Source: Polaribacter sp. (lineage in GTDB: Bacteria; Bacteroidota; Bacteroidia; Flavobacteriales; Flavobacteriaceae). Taken from it: 64,000 nucleotides of DNA. The position numbers were made by a program, and so were the translations under genes. A model generated the notes under the pieces. That model had not been told where the DNA came from. It was given only the letters and a program-made list of their open reading frames with translations, and searched no databases. Location: the NCBI GenBank assembly GCA_965662295.1, contig CBFIGS010000008.1, positions 10,236-74,235 on the forward strand, given 5' to 3'. This document shows positions 55,973 to 64,000 of this stretch, one piece after another (the first letter of the stretch is position 1; each line of letters begins with the position of its first letter).

Positions 55973-57373
55973 ATGAAAAAAACAGCTTTTAAAATCTTTT
56001 TTTTATCAATTTCAATGATCATAATTTCATGCAACAAAGATGATAATTATAATGACCCAGATTCAAATGATTCCGCAGAGATTCCAACCGTATACGAAGG
56101 ATGGACCCTACAATGGAATGATGAATTTAATGAAGCGCAGATAAATAGGAATAACTGGACCTATGAGTTAGGTGATGGAGCAGATTATGGATTGCCTGTT
56201 GGTTGGGGTAATGATGAAAAACAAATTTATACATCAAATAGTGAAAATGCAAGTATCGTTGAAGATGAAGGTGCTTCCGTTTTAGCGATAACAGCACTTG
56301 AAGATAATTCAGGGGGCTATACTTCTGCAAAACTAACCACTCAAAATCTTTTTAGCATGCGCTTTGGTCGTTTAGAAATAAAAGCTAAAATGCCAAAAGG
56401 ACAGGGTTTATGGCCTGCCATTTGGATGTTAGGAGACAACAAAGATCAAATTGGCTGGCCAGGATGCGGGGAAATAGATATGGTAGAAGTCCTAGGGAAT
56501 GAGCCCTCAAAAGAGTATTCAACTATTCATTTTACAAACGATGAAAATAAACATGGTGAAATACAAAGGAGTTCTATCAAATCTCCAGACTTTAGCTCTT
56601 CTTATCATGTTTTTAGTATGGATTGGACTCCTAATTCAATAACTTTTAGTGTAGATGGCAATATGCTGAATACAATTGCGATTGAAGATGACATGAAAGA
56701 ATTTCTTCGCAGTTACTTTTTAATTCTGAATGTTGCTGTAGGAGGCTATTGGCCTGGAGAACCGGATGCAACAACTGTTTTTCCTCAAACCATGTATACA
56801 GATTATATAAGAGTTTACTCTAAGAATGGTTTTCAGGCCCCAGATGCTCCTGTTTTGAATATTGAAGAAGAAACTGTGGGACAACTTATAGAACCTACCC
56901 TAGCAGATCATGCCGTTCAAGACGGATTTACAGACCTTGGGACAATGGAGGTAATTGTATATGGCCCAGGAGCACCAGAAGTAGCCTCCTCTGACAGTGC
57001 AATTGACGGAGATGCTAGTTTGGCGTTCAATTTCCCCGGTGAAAATTGGGGTGGTGGATACCTTCTGCTAGAGAACTCTAAAGATATGAATGCCTTTACA
57101 GCACTTAAATTTTCACTAAAAAAACCAGATTCTTTTGTGAATTGTGAGATAAAACTAGAAACTATTAGAACTGATGCTGTTGTTTATTTGGCTGATTATA
57201 CTGGAACTGAACTATCTGATGGATTTGTAGAGTATACGATTCCGCTGGCTGATTTTACAGATTTAGACCTTTCGGGATTGAAAATTCCATTTTCTATGTG
57301 GAATCCTCAGGATTCAAACAATGCATTTGTCAACGCAACAGTGCTAATTGATAACGTCTACTTCTCGATGTAA
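55973..57373 (+). CDS. GH16 lipoprotein with a C-terminal beta-sandwich extension
   Basis: Lipobox IISC-NKDD; WNDEFN, WGNDEKQIY, YTSAKL, GLWPAIWMLG, catalytic GEIDMVE, LILNVAVGGYWPG. Confidence 0.92.
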   Translation: MKKTAFKIFFLSISMIIISCNKDDNYNDPDSNDSAEIPTVYEGWTLQWNDEFNEAQINRNNWTYELGDGADYGLPVGWGNDEKQIYTSNSENASIVEDEGASVLAITALEDNSGGYTSAKLTTQNLFSMRFGRLEIKAKMPKGQGLWPAIWMLGDNKDQIGWPGCGEIDMVEVLGNEPSKEYSTIHFTNDENKHGEIQRSSIKSPDFSSSYHVFSMDWTPNSITFSVDGNMLNTIAIEDDMKEFLRSYFLILNVAVGGYWPGEPDATTVFPQTMYTDYIRVYSKNGFQAPDAPVLNIEEETVGQLIEPTLADHAVQDGFTDLGTMEVIVYGPGAPEVASSDSAIDGDASLAFNFPGENWGGGYLLLENSKDMNAFTALKFSLKKPDSFVNCEIKLETIRTDAVVYLADYTGTELSDGFVEYTIPLADFTDLDLSGLKIPFSMWNPQDSNNAFVNATVLIDNVYFSM

Positions 57374-57430
57374 CTATAGCAAATCTTGTGATTGATTAAA
57401 TCACTGACGTAATTAACGACAATTCAAATG

Positions 57431-57464
57431 AAAATAGGGTCTCTTTAAGACACCCTATTTTTTT
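57431..57464 (+). terminator. Intrinsic terminator after GH16
   Basis: AAAATAGGG...CCCTATTTT followed by a T-run. Confidence 0.7.
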
Positions 57465-57650
57465 AGTCCCTATTTTTGAATGCCTATTCTAAAACCCTTG
57501 GGATTTGTTTACCTACTTTAATATGGTTTTGATAAAATCCAGTTAAGAATATATGATTGGTAACCTTATTTGTAGGGTAACTCCAGGTTAGAGGGTTCAG
57601 AAAACATAATTGATCTTGATAAAAAAAGAAGGTCTTAAATTTGAACAGAA

Positions 57651-58994
57651 TTATATGAATTTATCGTAAAAATCCTTATTAAAAATAACCGATTTATATC
57701 TAGCATCAAAAGAAGATTTGACAATAATTAAAATATCATGATTAGAACCCAATAGCCATTTAATCTGGGTGTTAATTTTATCAATGTACTGATTTCGTAT
57801 GCGTTCGTTTTGAATTTTGCTTAAATGATTTTTACTAACAAGAGCATATATTTCTGTAAATTCCATTTCTCTTGTAATCGCTCTTTTAAGAATAGTAAGA
57901 GCCATAACATCCAATTCTATAAACTTAGATCTATACTTCAACCCATTCTCTAATATAACCAACGAGTTCCTTGATTTTATATATCTATAAATTCCAAAAA
58001 AAGCGATGCATAAAAAAACAAGTCCAAAACTAATTAATAAATAAATGACCGTCATTTCTGTATCATATAAAGCTGTAATTTGTACAATCTTATTTGTAAG
58101 CTCTTTAAAAGCTACTTTTTTCAACACACTACTCTTATTAATATAATAAAGTTGATCATTGAAAATGACAGGATCGATATCATTATTAAATAAATGTAAA
58201 ATAGGATTAATTTTATATTCAGTGAGTGTATTTTGTTCAATATTCACCTTAAATAAGGTGGCTTTACCATCCAAAATATAACTATGCTTACCATCAGTAA
58301 AACTTCTAAAATCGCGTCCTGAAAAATTAGCTTTTAATTTCCCTAAAAGATTCCAATTTTTACTTTGAAAATTAAAAGACCAAACTTCATTATTTGAAAC
58401 CTCATTTCTTGTTCCGAGATGAGTCACATAAAATCCCCCAAAAAAATAAAAAAAATTCTCTTTATTAATGGCAAAATGATTACTAACTGTAGTAGCTTTC
58501 TTTGAAGTTAGAGATATAGGATATATCTCCCATTCCTTTGTACTTTTATCTAAATAAGTAAAAAAATTAGACTGTGTCCAATACCCATAACCACCATGTC
58601 TCATGAGGGTATCATTTTTTATGAATATAGAACTTCCTATCAAGAAATTTTTAATATCAGAATTATCAACTCTTAGGAGACTGTCTTGTTCTGTTAATTG
58701 AAAAACTTCACCTCCTTTTTGATTTAGAAAAAGTAATCTATTTTGTTTGATAACTGGGAGAAGGGAAATCCAAGTATTTGGCTTTACGATTTTCTTTGTT
58801 TCAAGAATCTCTAAACTGTTTGCATCTAATCGTGTTAAAGATTCACTAGTAGCAAATAAAATCTGATTTGTTAGCGAGTCTACGATTAAACGTTCAGTGA
58901 TTTCAGGAATTGCCCTTTGTTGGCTAAAAGAGGTGAAAGGAATTAAAAATATAAAAATAAATAGGGAATATAACCCCTTCGAAAAATACATCAT
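57651..58994 (-). CDS. Hypothetical membrane-anchored protein (Kelch-like periplasmic part, TM, small cytoplasmic domain)
   Basis: Signal peptide; HGGYG, FFGG, VWSFNF Kelch-like elements; one TM near aa 315-340; basic C-terminal domain. Confidence 0.55.
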   Translation of the reverse strand: MMYFSKGLYSLFIFIFLIPFTSFSQQRAIPEITERLIVDSLTNQILFATSESLTRLDANSLEILETKKIVKPNTWISLLPVIKQNRLLFLNQKGGEVFQLTEQDSLLRVDNSDIKNFLIGSSIFIKNDTLMRHGGYGYWTQSNFFTYLDKSTKEWEIYPISLTSKKATTVSNHFAINKENFFYFFGGFYVTHLGTRNEVSNNEVWSFNFQSKNWNLLGKLKANFSGRDFRSFTDGKHSYILDGKATLFKVNIEQNTLTEYKINPILHLFNNDIDPVIFNDQLYYINKSSVLKKVAFKELTNKIVQITALYDTEMTVIYLLISFGLVFLCIAFFGIYRYIKSRNSLVILENGLKYRSKFIELDVMALTILKRAITREMEFTEIYALVSKNHLSKIQNERIRNQYIDKINTQIKWLLGSNHDILIIVKSSFDARYKSVIFNKDFYDKFI

Positions 58995-59339
58995 TGAATG
59001 AAAATAAGTATAATAATTTTAAATTTAACCTAGTTACAAAGTGCAGGAATGACCAAATTGAATAAAAGAAATCCAAAATAATATAATTCTCCAAAAGAAT
59101 TCAACTTAGCTTTGGCAAAAAGTTGGATCATCCTTTTTGGTGTGTTGCTATCAGCATCCTCTTCGTTAAACAATTGATTCCTATATTCAAACGCTATTTT
59201 ATTGAAATAGTTTCCTTCTCAAATATAATAAAAAAGATGGTTTAGATATTGATGTCCATAAGGCTTTTTTCTAAAAATTCTTGTCTTTTCTATCTTAACT
59301 TCTTCTGTCGTCTAGAAAGCACTAGAAAAATTATTATGG

Positions 59340-59385
59340 TGTAACGTTTGCGTATCATTAAAATAAATGTTACGTTTGCGTTACA
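59340..59385 (+). promoter_or_regulatory. Promoter with twin 18-bp operators
   Basis: TGTAACG-TTTG-CGTATCA (59340-59357) and TGTTACG-TTTG-CGTTACA (59368-59385), covering -33 TTTG (59347-59350) and -7 TACGTTTG (59371-59378). Confidence 0.75.
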
Positions 59386-59402
59386 TTAATAAAAATTAAA
59401 TT

Positions 59403-59798
59403 ATGGATCAAAATATTATTATACCCATTTTTGGAATGCTAACTGGAATCATAATTCCACTCGCTGTATTTTTCTGGCTTTATAAAGAAAGTAAGGACAA
59501 GAATAAAACTATAATTGAGGTTTCCAAACATTTAGATGACAAATCAAAATTAGAAGAATTACTAAGTATTTTTGATGAAAGAAAAAAAGAGCCAATAGAT
59601 TATCGTAGAAACGGAGTCATCACAATTTTTGTGGGTATGGGTTTATATCTTCTTGGAGAATTTGCAATTGGAAATGTTCTAAAGGGTGTTGGAGCTTTGG
59701 TTGGGTTTATAGGAATAGGAACTATGATCGCTGGTTATCTCTATCCAAATACAGGAAAAGAATTGACCAATGCTGTTGAAGAATTTGAAAAGAAATAA
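59403..59798 (+). CDS. DUF6249-like membrane protein
   Basis: N-terminal TM, EPIDYRRNGVITIFVGMGL, two C-terminal TMs. Confidence 0.72.
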   Translation: MDQNIIIPIFGMLTGIIIPLAVFFWLYKESKDKNKTIIEVSKHLDDKSKLEELLSIFDERKKEPIDYRRNGVITIFVGMGLYLLGEFAIGNVLKGVGALVGFIGIGTMIAGYLYPNTGKELTNAVEEFEKK

Positions 59799-59800
59799 TT

Positions 59801-60013
59801 ATGGGTAAAAACCATAAAAAACTCCTCAATAATTTAGAGACCCTGAGAAAAGCCGCTGGTTTAACACAGCAAGAAATGTCTGTTAGAGCCGAGGTGTCAA
59901 GAAAGAGCATTAATGCCATTGAAAATGGAGTGTATGTTCCCTCCACGGTATTGGCTTTGAAAATTTCTAAAACATTGAATTGCAATGTGGAAGATTTATT
60001 CAAATTACCCTAA
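59801..60013 (+). CDS. XRE-family HTH transcriptional regulator
   Basis: LRKAAGLTQQEMS...VSRKSINAIENGVYVPSTVLALKIS...VEDLF. Confidence 0.93.
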   Translation: MGKNHKKLLNNLETLRKAAGLTQQEMSVRAEVSRKSINAIENGVYVPSTVLALKISKTLNCNVEDLFKLP

Positions 60014-60035
60014 ATTATTTTTTATGTTAAGAGAT

Positions 60036-60068
60036 AAAACAGTCATACGCTTTTAGTATGACTGTTTT
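60036..60068. terminator. Bidirectional terminator
   Basis: AAAACAGTCATAC-N7-GTATGACTGTTTT. Confidence 0.85.
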
Positions 60069-60140
60069 CTTATTTTTTTTGATTCCTTGTAAAAATCCAA
60101 TCTAGACCCTTTCTCAAAAACTTTTTCACAGTCATAAAAT

Positions 60141-60518
60141 TTACTTAACTGAGAAAAACTTTCTATAAATATGTTTGTCTAACATCTTTTCATATTTTGG
60201 AGTGAAATAGTTTACCCAAAAATCATCTATTTCTTCTGAATGCGCATTGTTATATTCTGCATCATTAGACCATGTACTTAACCACATGTAGCGATGTTCT
60301 TTGGCTTCGTCTTCTGAACTTACTTGGTAAACCCTGTATTTATTAGCTCCAAATCCATTTTTTTCATATATATTATTTGCCCGATCTAGGTCTTTTTGAA
60401 ATTCTTCAATTGTTACTCCACTTGGTAAATCAAAAACATGTAAACTAATACGTTCTTTGGATTGTGAGAAAACTATTGAAGAGATTAAGAATGCGAAAAG
60501 ATAGAGTTGTTTTTTCAT
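60141..60518 (-). CDS. Small exported hypothetical protein (possibly dimeric alpha-beta barrel)
   Basis: Signal peptide ending VFSQ; YRVYQV, YMWLSTW; -7 box TATATTTG at 60540-60547. Confidence 0.6.
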   Translation of the reverse strand: MKKQLYLFAFLISSIVFSQSKERISLHVFDLPSGVTIEEFQKDLDRANNIYEKNGFGANKYRVYQVSSEDEAKEHRYMWLSTWSNDAEYNNAHSEEIDDFWVNYFTPKYEKMLDKHIYRKFFSVK

Positions 60519-60763
60519 AATTAGGTAGTTTTAATATTCAAATATAAGAAATGTTCGTTTAATTTTTTAATTGCCTCGAATCAAAAGAAATAAAAGGAGA
60601 AGATATTAATAACCTGCCTCCAATAACACCAACAAATAGCAAAATACAGTGACTTTGTATAAAGTAATCGCTACCCTACCTTCGGAGTTTATAAGTTATT
60701 AAACTAGAAGAATGTAACATGCCTATGATCAAGAAACCAAGCAACAAAATACAAACGTTGGTC

Positions 60764-61657
60764 TTAGTTGATTACTTTTTCATATACCCTTACCCAATCA
60801 ACATACATGTGTTGTGGGAAATTAGTGGTATCATCCGGCCTACCTGCATAAGTTCCTCCTACAGCTATATTAAAAAGAATAAAAAACTCTTTGTGAAGCT
60901 CTGTTAATTCATCTGAAGAAATATCCATCTCTGCAAATTGTTTTCCGTCTACAAACCAAATAAGTTCATTTTCATTCCATTCTAATTCAAATACATGGAA
61001 CTCATCTGAAAATTTGCCTTTCTCTAATTGAAAAGACTCTGCTCCCATGGATGCATGTGAGCCTGAAGCATCTGCGTAATGAACATTCGATTCAATAAGA
61101 CCATCGTCTTTAGTGCCATACAATTCTAAAATATCAATTTCTCCACACTGAGGCCAAGGCGTGTCACCCCCATTTTCGTCTATATTCGCTCCGAGCATCC
61201 AAAAGGCTGGCCACATACCCATGCCTTGAGGAAGCTTTATACGTGCAGCAATTTTTCCATATTTCCAAGATTGCTTGTTGGCTGTGTGTAATCGTGCAGA
61301 GGTATATTGATTTAAACCATGTTTATCACTTTCGTGTATTGCCCTTATAACTAGGCAATTATTTTCTACATATGCATTTTGACCACTGTTTGTATAACGC
61401 TGCCACTCCCCATTAAATCTTCCAGCTTTCACTACTTGTGCTGTCCAATTATTAGAGTCTATAGTTTCTTTTTCAAATTCATCTGCCCATTTTAGTTTCC
61501 AGTGTGTATCCTTCATTTTATTTATGCTATCATAAGAAATTGTTGATATCTCTATTTTCTCATCACTAAAATGAGTTATTTTTTCCTTCTTTTTAAACGA
61601 ATATATTAAGACTAAAATTGTAGCTAAAATTAGGAATATGGGGAATACTTTTTTCAT
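60764..61657 (-). CDS. GH16 glycoside hydrolase (probable beta-1,3-glucanase)
   Basis: WADEFE, NGEWQRY, YTSARL, GMWPAFWMLG, catalytic GEIDILE, FNIAVGG, YVDWVRVY. Confidence 0.93.
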   Translation of the reverse strand: MKKVFPIFLILATILVLIYSFKKKEKITHFSDEKIEISTISYDSINKMKDTHWKLKWADEFEKETIDSNNWTAQVVKAGRFNGEWQRYTNSGQNAYVENNCLVIRAIHESDKHGLNQYTSARLHTANKQSWKYGKIAARIKLPQGMGMWPAFWMLGANIDENGGDTPWPQCGEIDILELYGTKDDGLIESNVHYADASGSHASMGAESFQLEKGKFSDEFHVFELEWNENELIWFVDGKQFAEMDISSDELTELHKEFFILFNIAVGGTYAGRPDDTTNFPQHMYVDWVRVYEKVIN

Positions 61658-61839
61658 TTAGTTATTATTTTTATGTGATGCCTATCGTTTCGGATAAGAT
61701 CTCCTAGCAAACCAACAGGTGCTGTGCAATATACACATTTTGTATACTATATTATTATTTTAATAGGTAGTTCCTCGAAAAATTGACGGTTCGTTCTAGT
61801 GATGAAGATTTTGAAATTATCATCTATTGGATAAACAAA

Positions 61840-62262
61840 TTACATCCTAAGATTATTGATAATATTGGGGTTAATTTTCTGTAAATCTTCAGAGAATTTC
61901 ACTTTGTGTTTTGGTGAAATTATAATTTCCTCAAACTTACCATATGTAATTTCAATCCTATCAAACGAAGCTGCAGGAGACGAAATCATATTATAAGACT
62001 TTGAAATTTTTTTAATTTCCATGATATTTATCGAATTATGACGAAAAAAACCACATGTAATGTGTAGCCTCTCATTATCAATTGTATAAATTGTATTGAA
62101 AAACATATGTAAAATAAATCCATATAAAATGATCAAAGCTACGGTCATTAAAACCATATTACTTTTAAAATCATCGTATATATAGCTAGGAATTAGTGGT
62201 CCAAAAAAAACTATAAATACAATAATCAATAAGGGATATGAGACTTTAGAATAATAAGTCAT
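61840..62262 (-). CDS. Membrane protein with bacterial PH domain (bPH_5/YyaB-like)
   Basis: Two TMs, then YTIDNERLHI and SSPAASFDRIEITY, IIISP. Confidence 0.75.
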   Translation of the reverse strand: MTYYSKVSYPLLIIVFIVFFGPLIPSYIYDDFKSNMVLMTVALIILYGFILHMFFNTIYTIDNERLHITCGFFRHNSINIMEIKKISKSYNMISSPAASFDRIEITYGKFEEIIISPKHKVKFSEDLQKINPNIINNLRM

Positions 62263-62290
62263 TTAATTAAAAGTTACACTTAAAGATATA

Positions 62291-62330
62291 AATAAACGGC
62301 TACACTTCAAAAAAAGTATAACCGTTTATT
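62291..62330 (-). terminator. Probable terminator after 62388-63287
   Basis: AATAAACGG...CCGTTTATT outer stem with imperfect inner pairing. Confidence 0.55.
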
Positions 62331-62387
62331 ATATTAGGAAAGTTCTCTTTTGAAATATCGAACTTAAAAATTGGTAGAGGAGGGTGC

Positions 62388-63287
62388 TTAATTAGCCATA
62401 TAAATAACTTCTCTGGTCACTTTACCTTCACTGTTAAAGTCGTGACTCATATGAAGATATTCACGAGTTTTTTCTCCTGTTTCTGCATTTGTATTGTTTA
62501 CCCACCACCAAGACAGCACCACCCATTGGCCTTTGTCTCTTGAATAATAAATAGCATCCGGATATCCTGACTGTTCTAGTTTACGAACCCTGTTTGCTGC
62601 TACAGCCTGATTCCATGTAGCAGTTCGTTCTTCTAGATTTAATTTTCCGTCCACACCAAGTCGGTAAAAGGCTGCATCTTCTGAAAAGTAAGAAGCCAAT
62701 TCCGAGATTTCTCCAGCTTCGAAATGTGCAACCATTTTATTCAATTTATCAATAATTGGGTGTTCATCAAACACACGACCGTTTCTATGCCATCCAAAAG
62801 ATGCTTGAATTTGCTCTCCTGCAGACTCTCTATCAAAGTGGCTCATTGACATCGTGATTTTCCCATCTTCAGTCACATAATTATTCGAGTGAATATTTAC
62901 TTTAATAGCCTTACCACTGGTTTTGTTTACAGCAGAGAATACCATCCAGTCCATCGTCCAAGCTCCTTTATCATCATCTTCATATTTAATAATGTCTGGT
63001 GTTGCGCCTTTCATGACAGTATATTTTATATCGCTAAAATTTTCTTGCCACCAGAGCATGTTACTTACTTCTTGATCTATATTATTAGCTTCCTCGTCAC
63101 CAGGCCCCCAAAATTTAGCTCCCTCCGCATACAATGCTCTAAGTTCAGCTTCCGTTCCTGATTCCCATATTTGGTAAGATTTTGTAATTACATCATAAGC
63201 TGGATGCTCTGAATAAGTTACCCCTGATTTTACTTGACTCCACCCTAATAATGGAATGAGCGCTAAGGCCAGTACTAATTTCTTCAT
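62388..63287 (-). CDS. Exported tandem NTF2/SnoaL-like two-domain protein (paralog of 52782-53711)
   Basis: Signal peptide; repeats GVTYSEHP and GRVFDEHP; PDIIKY and GYPDAIYY; SWW; EGKVTRE. Confidence 0.75.
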   Translation of the reverse strand: MKKLVLALALIPLLGWSQVKSGVTYSEHPAYDVITKSYQIWESGTEAELRALYAEGAKFWGPGDEEANNIDQEVSNMLWWQENFSDIKYTVMKGATPDIIKYEDDDKGAWTMDWMVFSAVNKTSGKAIKVNIHSNNYVTEDGKITMSMSHFDRESAGEQIQASFGWHRNGRVFDEHPIIDKLNKMVAHFEAGEISELASYFSEDAAFYRLGVDGKLNLEERTATWNQAVAANRVRKLEQSGYPDAIYYSRDKGQWVVLSWWWVNNTNAETGEKTREYLHMSHDFNSEGKVTREVIYMAN

Positions 63288-63323
63288 TTTAATTGTATTT
63301 AAAGTTAATTATTTAATTCTCTC

Positions 63324-63359
63324 ACAATATACTATTTATTAATTTTAAAATACAACTAA
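63324..63359 (-). promoter_or_regulatory. Site TTAGTTG-N7-AAATTAA plus -7 variant TATATTGT
   Basis: Site 63339-63359, 7-nt gap, -7 variant 63324-63331; shares AGTTAGTTGnnTTTTAAAATTAAT with the 53711 upstream region. Confidence 0.55.
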
Positions 63360-63370
63360 CTTATTTTTAT

Positions 63371-63790
63371 TTAGTCTTTTATTTTTCTAAAAACAACCGC
63401 AGTTACAACTCCAAATACAATAAAATGAAGAACCCATATTAATGTCTCTAAAGTAGCAATTGAATTACTGATATAAAAATTGTTAAATGATTCCTTGGAA
63501 ATATTGGTTGTAATGACAGCAAATACAGATACGAAAAATCCCAATTTAGCGCCACTTATATTTGAGTGCGATTCATCACTAAACTTTTGAAACCCATAGT
63601 AAAAAGCAACTCCAGTAATGATACTACTAAGTAAATTTAAGACTAAATTATTATTTTCAGGATTGTTCATTTCTGGAAATGTTGCATTTGCTCCAAAAAA
63701 TTCTGCACCACCTAATCCAAAATAAACGAGTGTGGCGAATGAAAACTGGTAAATTACCGCTAACAAAGCCATGATAAAAAGTTTTTTCAT
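63371..63790 (-). CDS. Small four-TM membrane protein of unknown function
   Basis: 139 aa with four hydrophobic segments; no family recognised with confidence. Confidence 0.6.
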   Translation of the reverse strand: MKKLFIMALLAVIYQFSFATLVYFGLGGAEFFGANATFPEMNNPENNNLVLNLLSSIITGVAFYYGFQKFSDESHSNISGAKLGFFVSVFAVITTNISKESFNNFYISNSIATLETLIWVLHFIVFGVVTAVVFRKIKD

Positions 63791-64000
63791 TTTTACTATT
63801 TTTTAGTATTTGTAAATTTCAATTTACAAAATTTAATTTTACCCAAACTATCTATATTTTCTATTTAAAATATCTATGACTTGTGACTAGTTATTCTGTT
63901 TGTAGTTCAGAAATTCCAACATTAAAGATAGAATAGTTGTGCCTGTGGTTTAAATTCCTATATTCGTATAACCAAAACATGACGATGAAAAAACTTTTTT

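Noticed and set aside
59030-59218. Minus-strand open frame containing a 33-aa ORF (59030-59131, MIQLFAKAKLNSFGELYYFGFLLFNLVIPALCN) downstream of a -7 box at 59220-59227
   Set aside because: No recognisable motif, coupling or terminator; may simply be the 5' UTR of the 58994 gene.
60559-60771. Hydrophobic minus-strand frame with one internal TAG (possible membrane-protein remnant); also track ORF 60719..60907 (+)
   Set aside because: No start codon in a plausible position, and hydrophobic frames arise easily in T-rich DNA.
1390-63161. Numerous 60-122 aa ORFs in the track overlapping longer genes (e.g. 9192, 12254, 29479, 29899, 31058, 45341, 55266, 59722, 62889)
   Set aside because: They lie antisense to or out of frame within well-supported genes and show no family motifs; treated as shadow ORFs.
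63891-63998. Open minus-strand frame at the window edge (KSFFIVMFWLYEYRNLNHRHNYSIFNVGISELQTE*)
   Set aside because: Could be the 3' end of a gene outside the window but is too short to identify.
49500-64000. Integron-like cassette array or genomic-island boundaries for the accessory region
   Set aside because: No integrase, transposase, attC-type repeats or tRNA anchor seen; the units end in ordinary terminators.
1-64000. rRNA, tRNA, CRISPR arrays, riboswitches
   Set aside because: No regularly spaced repeats or recognisable structured-RNA signatures found by eye; an Infernal/Rfam and tRNAscan run would be needed to exclude them formally.

Overview
AT-rich bacterial window from a Flavobacteriaceae (Bacteroidota) genome; a marine Polaribacter-like organism is my inference from gene content and the TTTG/TAnnTTTG (-33/-7) promoters. 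1-30.8 kb is mostly core genes: truncated nqrA, T9SS plug-like gene, apaG, pruA, a T9SS-secreted reprolysin protease, lipB, rnhB, nhaC, Lrp plus a Cys/Met PLP lyase, two DUF3857 genes, yceI, dtd, rsgA, a Phe/Tyr biosynthesis operon, a cysteine desulfurase-like gene and dsbD. 30.8-49.4 kb is a beta-glucan (laminarin-type) PUL: sensor-LuxR regulator, non-catalytic T9SS repeat protein, SusC, SusD, DUF4959-type lipoprotein, GH5-CBM6, GH16, GH30 and an MFS sugar porter. 49.5-64 kb is an accessory mosaic of mostly single-gene units, rich in exported NTF2/SnoaL-like proteins, with two more GH16s. Main items missing from the ORF track: (1) a degenerate palindrome TTAGTTG-N7-CAACTAA just upstream of the -7 box of five accessory genes (a sixth copy in a divergent region), suggesting a regulon of the local Cys-bearing HxlR regulator; (2) a leader peptide with an FYFYFYFY run and a full attenuator before pheA; (3) a 30-aa stand-alone CDGSH [2Fe-2S]-motif protein; (4) a coupled pair of small membrane proteins; (5) twin operators overlapping both promoter boxes of a DUF6249-XRE operon. 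I saw no rRNA, tRNA, CRISPR array, transposase or integrase. Several starts were moved downstream of the ORF track's start where promoter boxes or signal peptides favour it.
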